In this document: one piece after another, positions 56,484 to 64,000 of the stretch
Numbering within the stretch: position 1 is the stretch's first letter
How the letters are laid out: every line of letters starts with the position of its first letter
Virus record (IMG/VR): IMGVR_UViG_3300020190_000004
Length of the DNA stretch: 64,000 nt
DNA from: a virus
Taxonomy: Duplodnaviria; Caudoviricetes
Direction: 5' to 3' (one strand)
Made by a program: the position numbers and the translations under genes
Notes under the pieces: generated by a model
Seen by the model: the letters and a program-made list of their open reading frames with translations, nothing else
Told to the model about the DNA's origin: nothing
Database searches by the model: none

Positions 56484-58286
56484 TTAGATCCTCCCTTCTA
56501 ACCAACGTTTTCTCTTGTCAGCAGAATTTCCAAAGGCAATTTCCATGTATTTGCCAGCTGAACGATCTATGCGAATCTTAAACATCTTGCGTTCTGCCAT
56601 AACCATTTCCCAGTCTTGTATACTCAATGAACCTAACCCTTTAAGATAACGAACATTTTTGTAAGGAGTTCCGCTTTTCTCAAACTCGCCCCACTCATGA
56701 AGAGAATAGAAGTATTGTCTTTTGTTCTTAACTTCAGCAGAAACAAGCGGAGTAATTAAGATATGAAGTTTGCCAGTTTCAATCACTTGTGGAAACCACT
56801 TATAGAACAAGTTAATCACCAACGAAGCGATGTGACCTATTCCATCAGGGTCCCAATCGGTAGAGATGACAACGTTTGAGAATGCACATTTACTTCCGTC
56901 TCGTGGTTCAAGGTTAAGAATGTTCATCAAGTCAATGATTTCATTATTAGAACTCAAGTCACTTAAGTTTCTTGCGTTCTTAATCTTGCCCTTTAACGAA
57001 TACACTGCATCAATCCGCGGATCTCGTTTCTGTAAGATTGAACCCATAGCTGAAGAACCTTCAACTATGAAAAGAGATCCTTTGCTTTGTGAAGGCGGAA
57101 AGTACTTATCGCTTATGCGTTTGCTTGCAGCTTTCTTCTTGTTCTTGATGTTTTTAAGATCTTGTGTTTGAGTTCTTTCATCAATCAGTTTACGAACAGT
57201 TTCGTAAAACTTAGTTTTCTTGAGAGACTGATTAATCTTTTTGTTAAAGTCAGTCAGTAAGTGCTGTATTTCCCAACGACCTGCCGCGTACTTGGTTTTG
57301 TTTTGGTCAGCAAAACGAACCAGCTTAGGTGGAAAGTTAAGAATAAGAAGAGTCTCGTAAAAGTGATGAGCTAATGTATAGTCAAAGATGTCATTCACCC
57401 AGTCAGTAAAAATCTTTTGGTGAATACCCGTACATATAGCGCCGTTTACGAATGAAGCAGATGTTGCATTTTCGTATCGATTCCATATCACAAACATTCC
57501 CATCTTGCCCTTAAACACAATCGCGTCTTCTGGCAAGAATGACTGGTTAAGTTCAAGTTTTGTGTTGTCAAAGAAGAACTCAATCTCCAAGTTACTGATA
57601 ACAGGGTCTTGATTCTTTAAGAACTCCCGAAAGATGAACATGGTGTGTAAGTATTCTTTATCCCAAGTACATCCTTTGAAAATGTCAGTGCGTGGAATGT
57701 ATCTTACAGTAGTACCCGTTTGTGAATTGCGTTTTTTCTTGTCAGTGGTTTCTCGTTTTTTCTCAAAGCGGTTCCACTGAATGTTGTACTCTATTTCATT
57801 GTTAATTGTGGTAATAACAAATTCTTCCGAAAGCATGTTCACAAGAGCAGCACCCACTCCATTAGTACCAATTAAAGAATCATTTGAGTTTTCATTATAG
57901 AAGTTTGAACCAGCTCTTAACATTGACATTGCTGTCTCAACGTTGGATTGCCCTGTCTTTGTGTTTGCCTTTTCAGCGTTAATGAATCCGCCACCAGTGT
58001 CGGTTACTTCTACTTCATTATTTTTTGAATTAATCTTAACGATGATTTTAGGCATTACGCCCTTCATTCTCTTTGCTTCATCAAAAGCATTGTCAACGAT
58101 TTCATTAAACATCTTATAGAATCCTACAGATATGATCTTGTTCTTTGCAACAAGTTTTCCATTCTCCACGATCTGTACGCTTTCTTCAGATTTCTCAACC
58201 GAACCAATATACATGGTTGGTCTGTGTGTCACATGTTCAAAATCTGATAGTGCTACAATTTCTTTGTTAGATTTTTGTTTTGTCAT
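56484..58286 (-). CDS. Type IIA topoisomerase, ATPase/TOPRIM subunit (T4 gp39+60 / GyrB-like)
   Basis: EHVTHRPTMYIGS, EIVDNAFD, GTNGVGA, VEGSSA, LKGKIKN, TDWDPDGIGHI, YLKGLGS. Confidence 0.95.
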   Translation of the reverse strand: MTKQKSNKEIVALSDFEHVTHRPTMYIGSVEKSEESVQIVENGKLVAKNKIISVGFYKMFNEIVDNAFDEAKRMKGVMPKIIVKINSKNNEVEVTDTGGGFINAEKANTKTGQSNVETAMSMLRAGSNFYNENSNDSLIGTNGVGAALVNMLSEEFVITTINNEIEYNIQWNRFEKKRETTDKKKRNSQTGTTVRYIPRTDIFKGCTWDKEYLHTMFIFREFLKNQDPVISNLEIEFFFDNTKLELNQSFLPEDAIVFKGKMGMFVIWNRYENATSASFVNGAICTGIHQKIFTDWVNDIFDYTLAHHFYETLLILNFPPKLVRFADQNKTKYAAGRWEIQHLLTDFNKKINQSLKKTKFYETVRKLIDERTQTQDLKNIKNKKKAASKRISDKYFPPSQSKGSLFIVEGSSAMGSILQKRDPRIDAVYSLKGKIKNARNLSDLSSNNEIIDLMNILNLEPRDGSKCAFSNVVISTDWDPDGIGHIASLVINLFYKWFPQVIETGKLHILITPLVSAEVKNKRQYFYSLHEWGEFEKSGTPYKNVRYLKGLGSLSIQDWEMVMAERKMFKIRIDRSAGKYMEIAFGNSADKRKRWLEGRI

Positions 58287-58324
58287 TATTTTCTTTTAGA
58301 TGTCTTTAAGTTTTAATTGTATAG

Positions 58325-58351
58325 ATTATATTACAGTAAAGATTAAAGTTC
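58325..58351 (-). promoter_or_regulatory. Putative ECF-type promoter GAAC-N17-TATAAT
   Basis: Recurring bipartite motif. Confidence 0.6.
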
Positions 58352-58379
58352 TTAGAATGTCATTAGCTTAACTATTCTT

Positions 58380-60206
58380 TTATATTTCGCTGTATAAAAG
58401 AACTTTAACACCTTTGGATTGAGCAGTTCTCATTTTAGAACTTGTTGATCCTAAATCATCGGTAAACAATACTTTAGCTTCATTTAAACTTGTGTGATGA
58501 TAGCCTTTGGACTTAGCGTAAATTAGGAATTCTTCTTTGGTCTTGAATCCAGCTGACTTCGGTGAACCTGTGAATTCACAGCCTATCGAGTCAACAGCAA
58601 TCCTTTCAGGAAGAGTTATCTTGATGTAAGGGGACAAGCTCTCAACCATCATGTTATATTCTTGGCGGCGTTTACCTCCTAATTCAAATCCCGCGATTAC
58701 ATCTTTCTGTAAACCGGAGAAACTGTAATCAATACCCGCGAGGTAGTTGCCAATTTGCTTTGCTGTAGTCCAACCCATACCGTCAACTCCCATAAGCATA
58801 ACAAGATCTCGCGGTTTGAGTTCAGAACATTTCTCAATTTCTTTGAATAGGTTATCTAGTGTTTTTCCTGCCTTAAAGAATCCTGAACCTATAAGCGTTT
58901 CTTTGCTCATCTTGGTTGGGTTTAGCAAGTCAGCAGGATTCTTAATACCTGCTTTCCAGATTAGCTTTGTCATAGCACCACCAACACCGTCAAGACCTAA
59001 AACATTAACACCGTTATGAAACTTATACCAGGATTTGATTTCACAATTCTCATTTTCACACATTAGGTGGATTCCTTTTACTACAAGTTTGCTTCCGCAC
59101 TTACAAGATTCTGGGTGTTGAAAACCTGCGGTATCTCCAGCAACTACTACTCGAGTAATCTGCGGTATGATATCACCAGATTTTGCGATAGCAACCACAG
59201 CACCAGGAACGGCGCCTTTTTCTTTAAGATAGCCTAAGTTAAATAGAGCAGCGCGAGAAACCGTAGAACCATCAAGATCAACAGGTTCCATTACAGCTAC
59301 TGGAGTAACCTCTCCAGTCTTTCCGTATTGCCAAGATATGCTCTTGATTTTTGTGATTGCTTCTTTAGGAGGAAACTTGATGGCAACCGCCCAGTTAGGA
59401 TCGTGAGAGTTTTCACCCCAAGCAGATCGCAAGCCTTCAGGCGCTTTGATTACAAAACCGTCAAGTTGGTAATCCGAGTTTTTGCGATACTCAACCATAT
59501 CATCATATGCTGATTGAAAGTTTTCAATTCCGCAGTAAAAAGTATGAGCAGTATGTTTGAACCCTGAAATTCTCGGGGCAATATAGCGAATCTCTTCATC
59601 AATATGTTGCCTTACCTCAAGAGGGATAAAGTCAAGATCCGCAAGTATTGACGGCGAATTGTCATCGCGATTAAGAACACCAGCAACATAGTTACGAGGA
59701 TTCTTAAAAGTTGCGTATTTCTCATTGAATGTAGATACTTTAATTACCACTTCACCGCGTACTTCAACGATTCCTTTAAGATCTATAGTCTCCGGTATGT
59801 TATGTTTTACCTTGTCAGTAATATCGCGCCCTTTAGTTCCGTTACCGCGAGACAGTACTTGTAGAAGTTTACCGTCTTGATAGATTGCGTTACCTGCATT
59901 TCCATCATATTTAGGTGTTACCTCAAAGGAAGTAGCGCCAAACTTGTTCATCCAGTTTGTAGCAGATTCTACTGGTGCTGCACCTGATAAACTTGCTTGA
60001 TACTTAGCAAGAGATAACATTGGTGATGGGTGAGAATACTTTGCTTTGCGATCCTCAGCACCCACGATATGTGGAGCATCAGAACCCATACTGATTAGTT
60101 CTTGTTCAAGAGAGTCAAATTCATCATCAGATAAAACAGATTCACCAGAATAGTATGCCTCTTTGGCTTGAAAATAAAGTTGTTCTAACTCGAAGCGATT
60201 ACTCAT
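58380..60206 (-). CDS. ligA: NAD-dependent DNA ligase with C-terminal BRCT-like domain
   Basis: HPSPMLSL, TPKYDG, SRGNG, EVRGE, NPRNYVAG, DGFVIK, AIKFPP, TGEVTPVA, KSGDIIPQI. Confidence 0.95.
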   Translation of the reverse strand: MSNRFELEQLYFQAKEAYYSGESVLSDDEFDSLEQELISMGSDAPHIVGAEDRKAKYSHPSPMLSLAKYQASLSGAAPVESATNWMNKFGATSFEVTPKYDGNAGNAIYQDGKLLQVLSRGNGTKGRDITDKVKHNIPETIDLKGIVEVRGEVVIKVSTFNEKYATFKNPRNYVAGVLNRDDNSPSILADLDFIPLEVRQHIDEEIRYIAPRISGFKHTAHTFYCGIENFQSAYDDMVEYRKNSDYQLDGFVIKAPEGLRSAWGENSHDPNWAVAIKFPPKEAITKIKSISWQYGKTGEVTPVAVMEPVDLDGSTVSRAALFNLGYLKEKGAVPGAVVAIAKSGDIIPQITRVVVAGDTAGFQHPESCKCGSKLVVKGIHLMCENENCEIKSWYKFHNGVNVLGLDGVGGAMTKLIWKAGIKNPADLLNPTKMSKETLIGSGFFKAGKTLDNLFKEIEKCSELKPRDLVMLMGVDGMGWTTAKQIGNYLAGIDYSFSGLQKDVIAGFELGGKRRQEYNMMVESLSPYIKITLPERIAVDSIGCEFTGSPKSAGFKTKEEFLIYAKSKGYHHTSLNEAKVLFTDDLGSTSSKMRTAQSKGVKVLLYSEI

Positions 60207-60220
60207 TGATTTTTAATTAT

Positions 60221-60291
60221 AGAATAAAATTAACCAAAATAATCATATAATGCAAACTTTTAAGCAACTTTTTTCTAAAAGTTATTAACAA
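60221..60291 (-). promoter_or_regulatory. Host-type (Bacteroidota sigma-A-like) early promoter element
   Basis: TGTTAATAAC...TTTG-N20-TAATTTTA-TTCT. Confidence 0.7.
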
Positions 60292-60733
60292 TTCTTTCTA
60301 GGTTTTCTGATCGCGTAAGTATTCGCCACGTCATATCATACAGCTGCTCTACAGTCGCAACAAATTCTATCCCGGGTTTATTCCACTCGTGTGGAGCAAT
60401 AAGAGACAAGAAAAGAGTGTTATCATCACGTGTATACAGATGATATACTTCACCGGCATCTGGTTTAAAGTTAAACTTTGCACGATACACCAAGAGGGAG
60501 ACTAATCTTCTTTCTTCTAGTTCTGTGTATTGCTTTTTAAGAAGTTCAACTTGCTCCAAAATTTGTTTCTTTTGCATCTCAACTTGCTCGTTCATGGCGG
60601 CAGCTGACTTGCTCAAGATAACACCCATTTCAGTAGGTCTGAATGCAGGTGCACTTATGTTATGCCCATAAGGAAGTAAGCCGGGATATACCGGCATCAT
60701 GTTCTCGTCCTTTTGCGTAGGATCTTTTTCCAT
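60275..60733 (-). CDS. DUF2452 family protein (likely start MEKDP at 60733)
   Basis: LLPYGHNISAPAF...QILEQVELLKKQ...AKFNFKP..GEVYHLY......FLSLIAPHEW. Confidence 0.75.
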   Translation of the reverse strand: MEKDPTQKDENMMPVYPGLLPYGHNISAPAFRPTEMGVILSKSAAAMNEQVEMQKKQILEQVELLKKQYTELEERRLVSLLVYRAKFNFKPDAGEVYHLYTRDDNTLFLSLIAPHEWNKPGIEFVATVEQLYDMTWRILTRSENLERIVNNF

Positions 60734-60734
60734 C

Positions 60735-60819
60735 TTATTTAATTTGATGGTCATCTACAGCCATCGCATGTTTGCTTTTCATTATACCAGCAATTTCCTC
60801 AAAAGAATAAATTTGCCAT
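60735..60819 (-). pseudogene. Possible internally deleted gene remnant (metallophosphoesterase-like termini)
   Basis: ATG-MANLFF-stop, then out-of-frame YSFEEIAGIMKSKHAMAVDDHQIK-stop abutting the next ATG. Confidence 0.3.
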
Positions 60820-60822
60820 GTA

Positions 60823-60859
60823 GTTTATATACAACAAAGGCTCTGGAGTTCCCAGAGCC
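60823..60859 (-). promoter_or_regulatory. Terminator-like hairpin (GGCTCTGG/CCAGAGCC) whose loop carries the GAAC of an ECF-type promoter
   Basis: 8-bp stem 60839-60859; GAAC-N18-TATAAA at 60823-60851. Confidence 0.6.
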
Positions 60860-60882
60860 ATGTTGCGTTTGTGTTGTTTGAA

Positions 60883-61536
60883 TTATTCTAGAACTTTTTT
60901 AAGGACGGCACATTTTTCATATTCCTCGGTTTCAAGAAAGTATGTTATCATTTGATTTACGATAGTTTCACGATCTTGTTGAGATTCAACTCTTACAGTA
61001 ACACTTTCTTCATCGATGATTATATTCTTCTTGAAAGAATCAGGATCTTTGCTAATAAAGTTATATACCTGTCTATAGAAATCCTTTATGTTATCATCAA
61101 AATTTTCATCATCAGGTTTGTATACCCATTCTTCTTTAGGAAGATAGCGTTCAAATGTTTCAAGAGGGTCTCTTGTATTACCAAAAACTCGGTTATACAT
61201 GAGTGCATTCTGTAAAGAAATTAAAACTCCGGTGTCTATTTCATCAGATGTGAATTTATAGTCATCGGGGTCTGTTACTTCCCAGTCAGAAGGGAGTTGC
61301 TGCGAAGGCACTACCAACACTGTTCCGTACATAGCAACCTGAAAGAAAAAAGAAGCTATGGTATTTAGCGGTTCACCTTTTTTCTTTGCTTTTTCGTCGT
61401 ACATAACCCAAACAGGTCCGATCTTAAAAGGTTCAATGAAACCGTCCACTGTATCATTAAGATCCTGTAGGTTAAACTTTCTACCTTCAGGTCTCATGAT
61501 TTTTACTACATTGTCTAAACCGATTTTTAGTGCCAT
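60883..61536 (-). CDS. DUF3846-like protein with C-terminal UVR-like motif
   Basis: LQDLNDTVDGFIE...YDE......PLNTIAS......YGTVLVV; ends YFLETEEYEKCAVLK. Confidence 0.65.
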   Translation of the reverse strand: MALKIGLDNVVKIMRPEGRKFNLQDLNDTVDGFIEPFKIGPVWVMYDEKAKKKGEPLNTIASFFFQVAMYGTVLVVPSQQLPSDWEVTDPDDYKFTSDEIDTGVLISLQNALMYNRVFGNTRDPLETFERYLPKEEWVYKPDDENFDDNIKDFYRQVYNFISKDPDSFKKNIIIDEESVTVRVESQQDRETIVNQMITYFLETEEYEKCAVLKKVLE

Positions 61537-61542
61537 ACTTTA

Positions 61543-63399
61543 TTAAACTATTTCACAAGCTCCACCAGCACACGCTGCTTCACTTTTAAGATCAGTAGCG
61601 TCCTCTAATTCTATCACGTTCTTTAGATTTATATCTTTAATGTGATAAGACAATTCATCAAACTGTTCTTTTGTGATATCTTCAAACGGTGCTTGTGTAT
61701 AAGTACCACCGTCATAAGGTAAAACTGAAAGTCCGTTATAGCAGTGTTTGTTTTTCCACATCCAGTCTCCTATAGTATCCCATTCATCAGACTTAACGCT
61801 AATCGTGGCAGATATATTATGCGTATTGTTACCGGTCCTGTGACCAGGTTTTATCCAGTCAAGGTAAACACGTTTAACACGCTCAAGCAAGTCCATGGAA
61901 GATTCTGTTCTCAAGATTGCTCCTTCAGGTGCTTTAATTGGAATTTCAATTACTGCGGTAGTTGTAGGAGAGAAAAACTCATCTTTAACAAGTTCTGGGT
62001 GATTAATAGCCAAGAACGAATACATTGCTTCATTTTTTCCTACTCGCATACGACGAACGTAATAGTCGTTATGCCAAGCATGAATTCCTGAAGAACAGCC
62101 TAGAACAAGAGATGAAGTGCCAGACGGTTTAACGGTTGTAGTACGAGCTGCTCTGTTAATTCCGATAGTAGAAGCAATTCTAGCGTTTTCTTCTTTAACT
62201 GCTTCAGCGGCAGCTTTCATATCAAGATTAAGAACGCGGCCAGAACCAATTCCTGTCATACCCACACCAATAAGTGCATCTTTCTCAGTGTTACGTTTCC
62301 ATACTGGACGCAAGTAGTGGAAGTCAGTATAACCTGCTTGAAGAGTTCCAACGAAAGCAGCAGCTTTACATCTTGCCTCGTATTCTTCTTGAGAATCTAC
62401 ATCATCTACATTAACTTCTGTTAAATTACAGAATTGAAATGGACGAAGAGCAATTTCACAGCAAGGATTAGTGCCCCAGTCTTTATCGTTATTAAAGTAA
62501 ATTCCCGGTTCGCCTGAACCACTTGCTTCAATCTTTTTCCATAAATCAACAAAATCTTCTTTCTCAATTTTGTTGCGAAGAATCACAGCGCTGTTGTTTG
62601 CTCTTCCACGTTGTGGGTTAAGTTCCCACCAGTTTCCAAACTTACAAGTACGCATATCTTCATCATCAAACGAGAATAAAGAGATAAGAGCAGCTCTGCG
62701 AATACCACCAGCAAGAACTGCATCGGCAATGTGACAAACGATGTCATGAACTTCAATCGGAGATAGCATCTCGCCGTCTTCTTTTCTTTCAAGAATTAGT
62801 TCTATGTTCATAAGACATCTCTTTAAAGGCTCAGGACCCGGCGCCTTACCACCAGAGGTAACAAGTCTTGCACCTTTGTGGCGTATATCTGAAAAGTCAA
62901 ATGCTGGTTTATATCCTCCATAAAAATATGATTTCATCAAGTACTTAACTGCATCAGCCCATCCTTCAATAGAATCACTGATTAAATATCTGCGAGATTT
63001 TCGCGGTTTGCTAATCTCTGGTAATTTTTCGATGTGGTGACATTGTACACTATAACCAACACCCGTCCCTCCTAATAGAAGAAACATAACTTCTCCAAAA
63101 GCTCTCCAATCATCGATTGGTAAATAAGCACAGTTGTAAACTCTGTTTGGTGAAATTTCAATAGGCTTACCTCCAAATTGAAGGGATCTCATTGAAGGAA
63201 GAATCTTTTTGTTTTTTACGAAGTTTTCGTAAACGTTTTCAATCTCATCTGCGAGCTGTGGGTATTTTTTCTTGTGCATATCTTTGTTGCGGTCAACGAT
63301 CTCTGCCCACGATTCTCGTCTTTCTTTCCCCGGTAAATACTTAGCGTACTTAGTGAATACCGTTATTTCACTAAGGACCTCAATCGACTTGTCTTTCAT
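61543..63399 (-). CDS. nrdJ: Class II (adenosylcobalamin-dependent) ribonucleoside-triphosphate reductase
   Basis: LPSMRSLQFGG, VYNCAY, GGIRRAA, TNPCCEI, FCNLTE, VKPSGTSS, terminal ACAGGACEI. Confidence 0.95.
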   Translation of the reverse strand: MKDKSIEVLSEITVFTKYAKYLPGKERRESWAEIVDRNKDMHKKKYPQLADEIENVYENFVKNKKILPSMRSLQFGGKPIEISPNRVYNCAYLPIDDWRAFGEVMFLLLGGTGVGYSVQCHHIEKLPEISKPRKSRRYLISDSIEGWADAVKYLMKSYFYGGYKPAFDFSDIRHKGARLVTSGGKAPGPEPLKRCLMNIELILERKEDGEMLSPIEVHDIVCHIADAVLAGGIRRAALISLFSFDDEDMRTCKFGNWWELNPQRGRANNSAVILRNKIEKEDFVDLWKKIEASGSGEPGIYFNNDKDWGTNPCCEIALRPFQFCNLTEVNVDDVDSQEEYEARCKAAAFVGTLQAGYTDFHYLRPVWKRNTEKDALIGVGMTGIGSGRVLNLDMKAAAEAVKEENARIASTIGINRAARTTTVKPSGTSSLVLGCSSGIHAWHNDYYVRRMRVGKNEAMYSFLAINHPELVKDEFFSPTTTAVIEIPIKAPEGAILRTESSMDLLERVKRVYLDWIKPGHRTGNNTHNISATISVKSDEWDTIGDWMWKNKHCYNGLSVLPYDGGTYTQAPFEDITKEQFDELSYHIKDINLKNVIELEDATDLKSEAACAGGACEIV

Positions 63400-63405
63400 T
63401 GCTTT

Positions 63406-63723
63406 TTAATCTTTTTTGGGTGTTTGTTTGTAATACTTTAGAATTAGTCCACTGAGAGGTTTCACGTGCTTTCTCCATTCTTCGTTAAGAATAAGTTCTA
63501 ACATAATCATTGGCCGGAACGTTTCTGAATCAATCCAGGTGTGGATCCTAAAGTCTTCATAATTGCCTGCGTATTTCTTTAAATAATCAGCAATTTCCCT
63601 CAGGCGGTCTGGGTTGTCCTGTAAGTCTTCCATTGTGAAGTGAAAGTGCTTATAAATTGACGGCCGGTCAACGCTTTGCTGTAAGCGCTCAATAATTTGA
63701 TTGTGTATATTCATGGGTTTCAT
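63406..63723 (-). CDS. Hypothetical protein
   Basis: 105-aa ORF coupled (ATGA) to the PolB N-half. Confidence 0.55.
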   Translation of the reverse strand: MKPMNIHNQIIERLQQSVDRPSIYKHFHFTMEDLQDNPDRLREIADYLKKYAGNYEDFRIHTWIDSETFRPMIMLELILNEEWRKHVKPLSGLILKYYKQTPKKD

Positions 63724-64000
63724 TGTATATATTTTTTAAGTTGCTCAATTTCTTCTTCTATTTGCATGTAGTTTTTCTTGGCAACTTTGCGTTTTCCGTA
63801 GTATTCTGACAGAATTGTTCTAAAAGCACTGTCGGTATCTTTTTGAAAAACTGCGCCAGACGAGCACACAATTTCAGTGTTAAGATTTACCTCGGATTCT
63901 TTGGTAACATTTTTAACATATGATTCAGGTGATATGTTCCACTGTCTCATGATAGACGGATATAGTGATGCGAAGTCAAAAGAAACCACCCATTCATAAA
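63720..64000 (-). CDS. Family B DNA polymerase, N-terminal half (3' end only; gene starts beyond the window)
   Basis: YEWVVSFDFASLYPSIMRQWNISPE (motif A), then fingers helix ILSEYYGKRKVAKK...QLKKYIQ-stop. Confidence 0.9.
   Translation of the reverse strand, partial: YEWVVSFDFASLYPSIMRQWNISPESYVKNVTKESEVNLNTEIVCSSGAVFQKDTDSAFRTILSEYYGKRKVAKKNYMQIEEEIEQLKKYIQ

Noticed and set aside
23471-64000. Inteins or group I introns in terL, helicase, uvsX, PolB, topoisomerase or nrdJ
   Set aside because: No intein N-terminal C/S blocks, HN-C/S/T junctions or LAGLIDADG motifs; gene lengths are ordinary and frames uninterrupted.

Overview
AT-rich 64-kb segment of a large T4-like (contractile-tailed, probably jumbo) bacteriophage. 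Essentially every credible gene is on the minus strand and reads in the standard code. From low to high coordinates it holds: collagen-like fibre genes; a membrane-protein cluster; an ECF sigma factor, dCMP deaminase and guanylate kinase; a tail module (tape measure, gp51/gp26-like, tube, sheath); terminase; a neck protein; clamp loader and 5'-3' exonuclease; portal, gp2, gp4 and a gp55-like late sigma; a gp15-like tail terminator; gp46/47, gp41 helicase and UvsX; a family-B DNA polymerase split into two genes 14.3 kb apart; sliding clamp, ClpP-like protease, two topoisomerase II subunits, NAD-dependent ligase and a class II (B12) ribonucleotide reductase. Bacteroidota-type promoters, DUF2452 and AT-rich leaders without Shine-Dalgarno motifs suggest a Bacteroidota host (inference). 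Most notable observations: (1) a tape measure protein ending in a peptidase-S74 autocleaving chaperone; (2) an A9/A-AAA-AAG slippery site that would fuse a late gene to a downstream frame lacking its own start; (3) the widely separated split PolB; (4) a late-expressed cluster of proteins with T4-like capsid-targeting leaders, next to an ATP-grasp ligase, PAP2 phosphatase and ferritin-like gene; (5) three distinct promoter classes (host sigma-A-like, ECF-like, gp55-like) readable directly from the sequence. All family assignments come from motif recognition by eye; no database searches were run.
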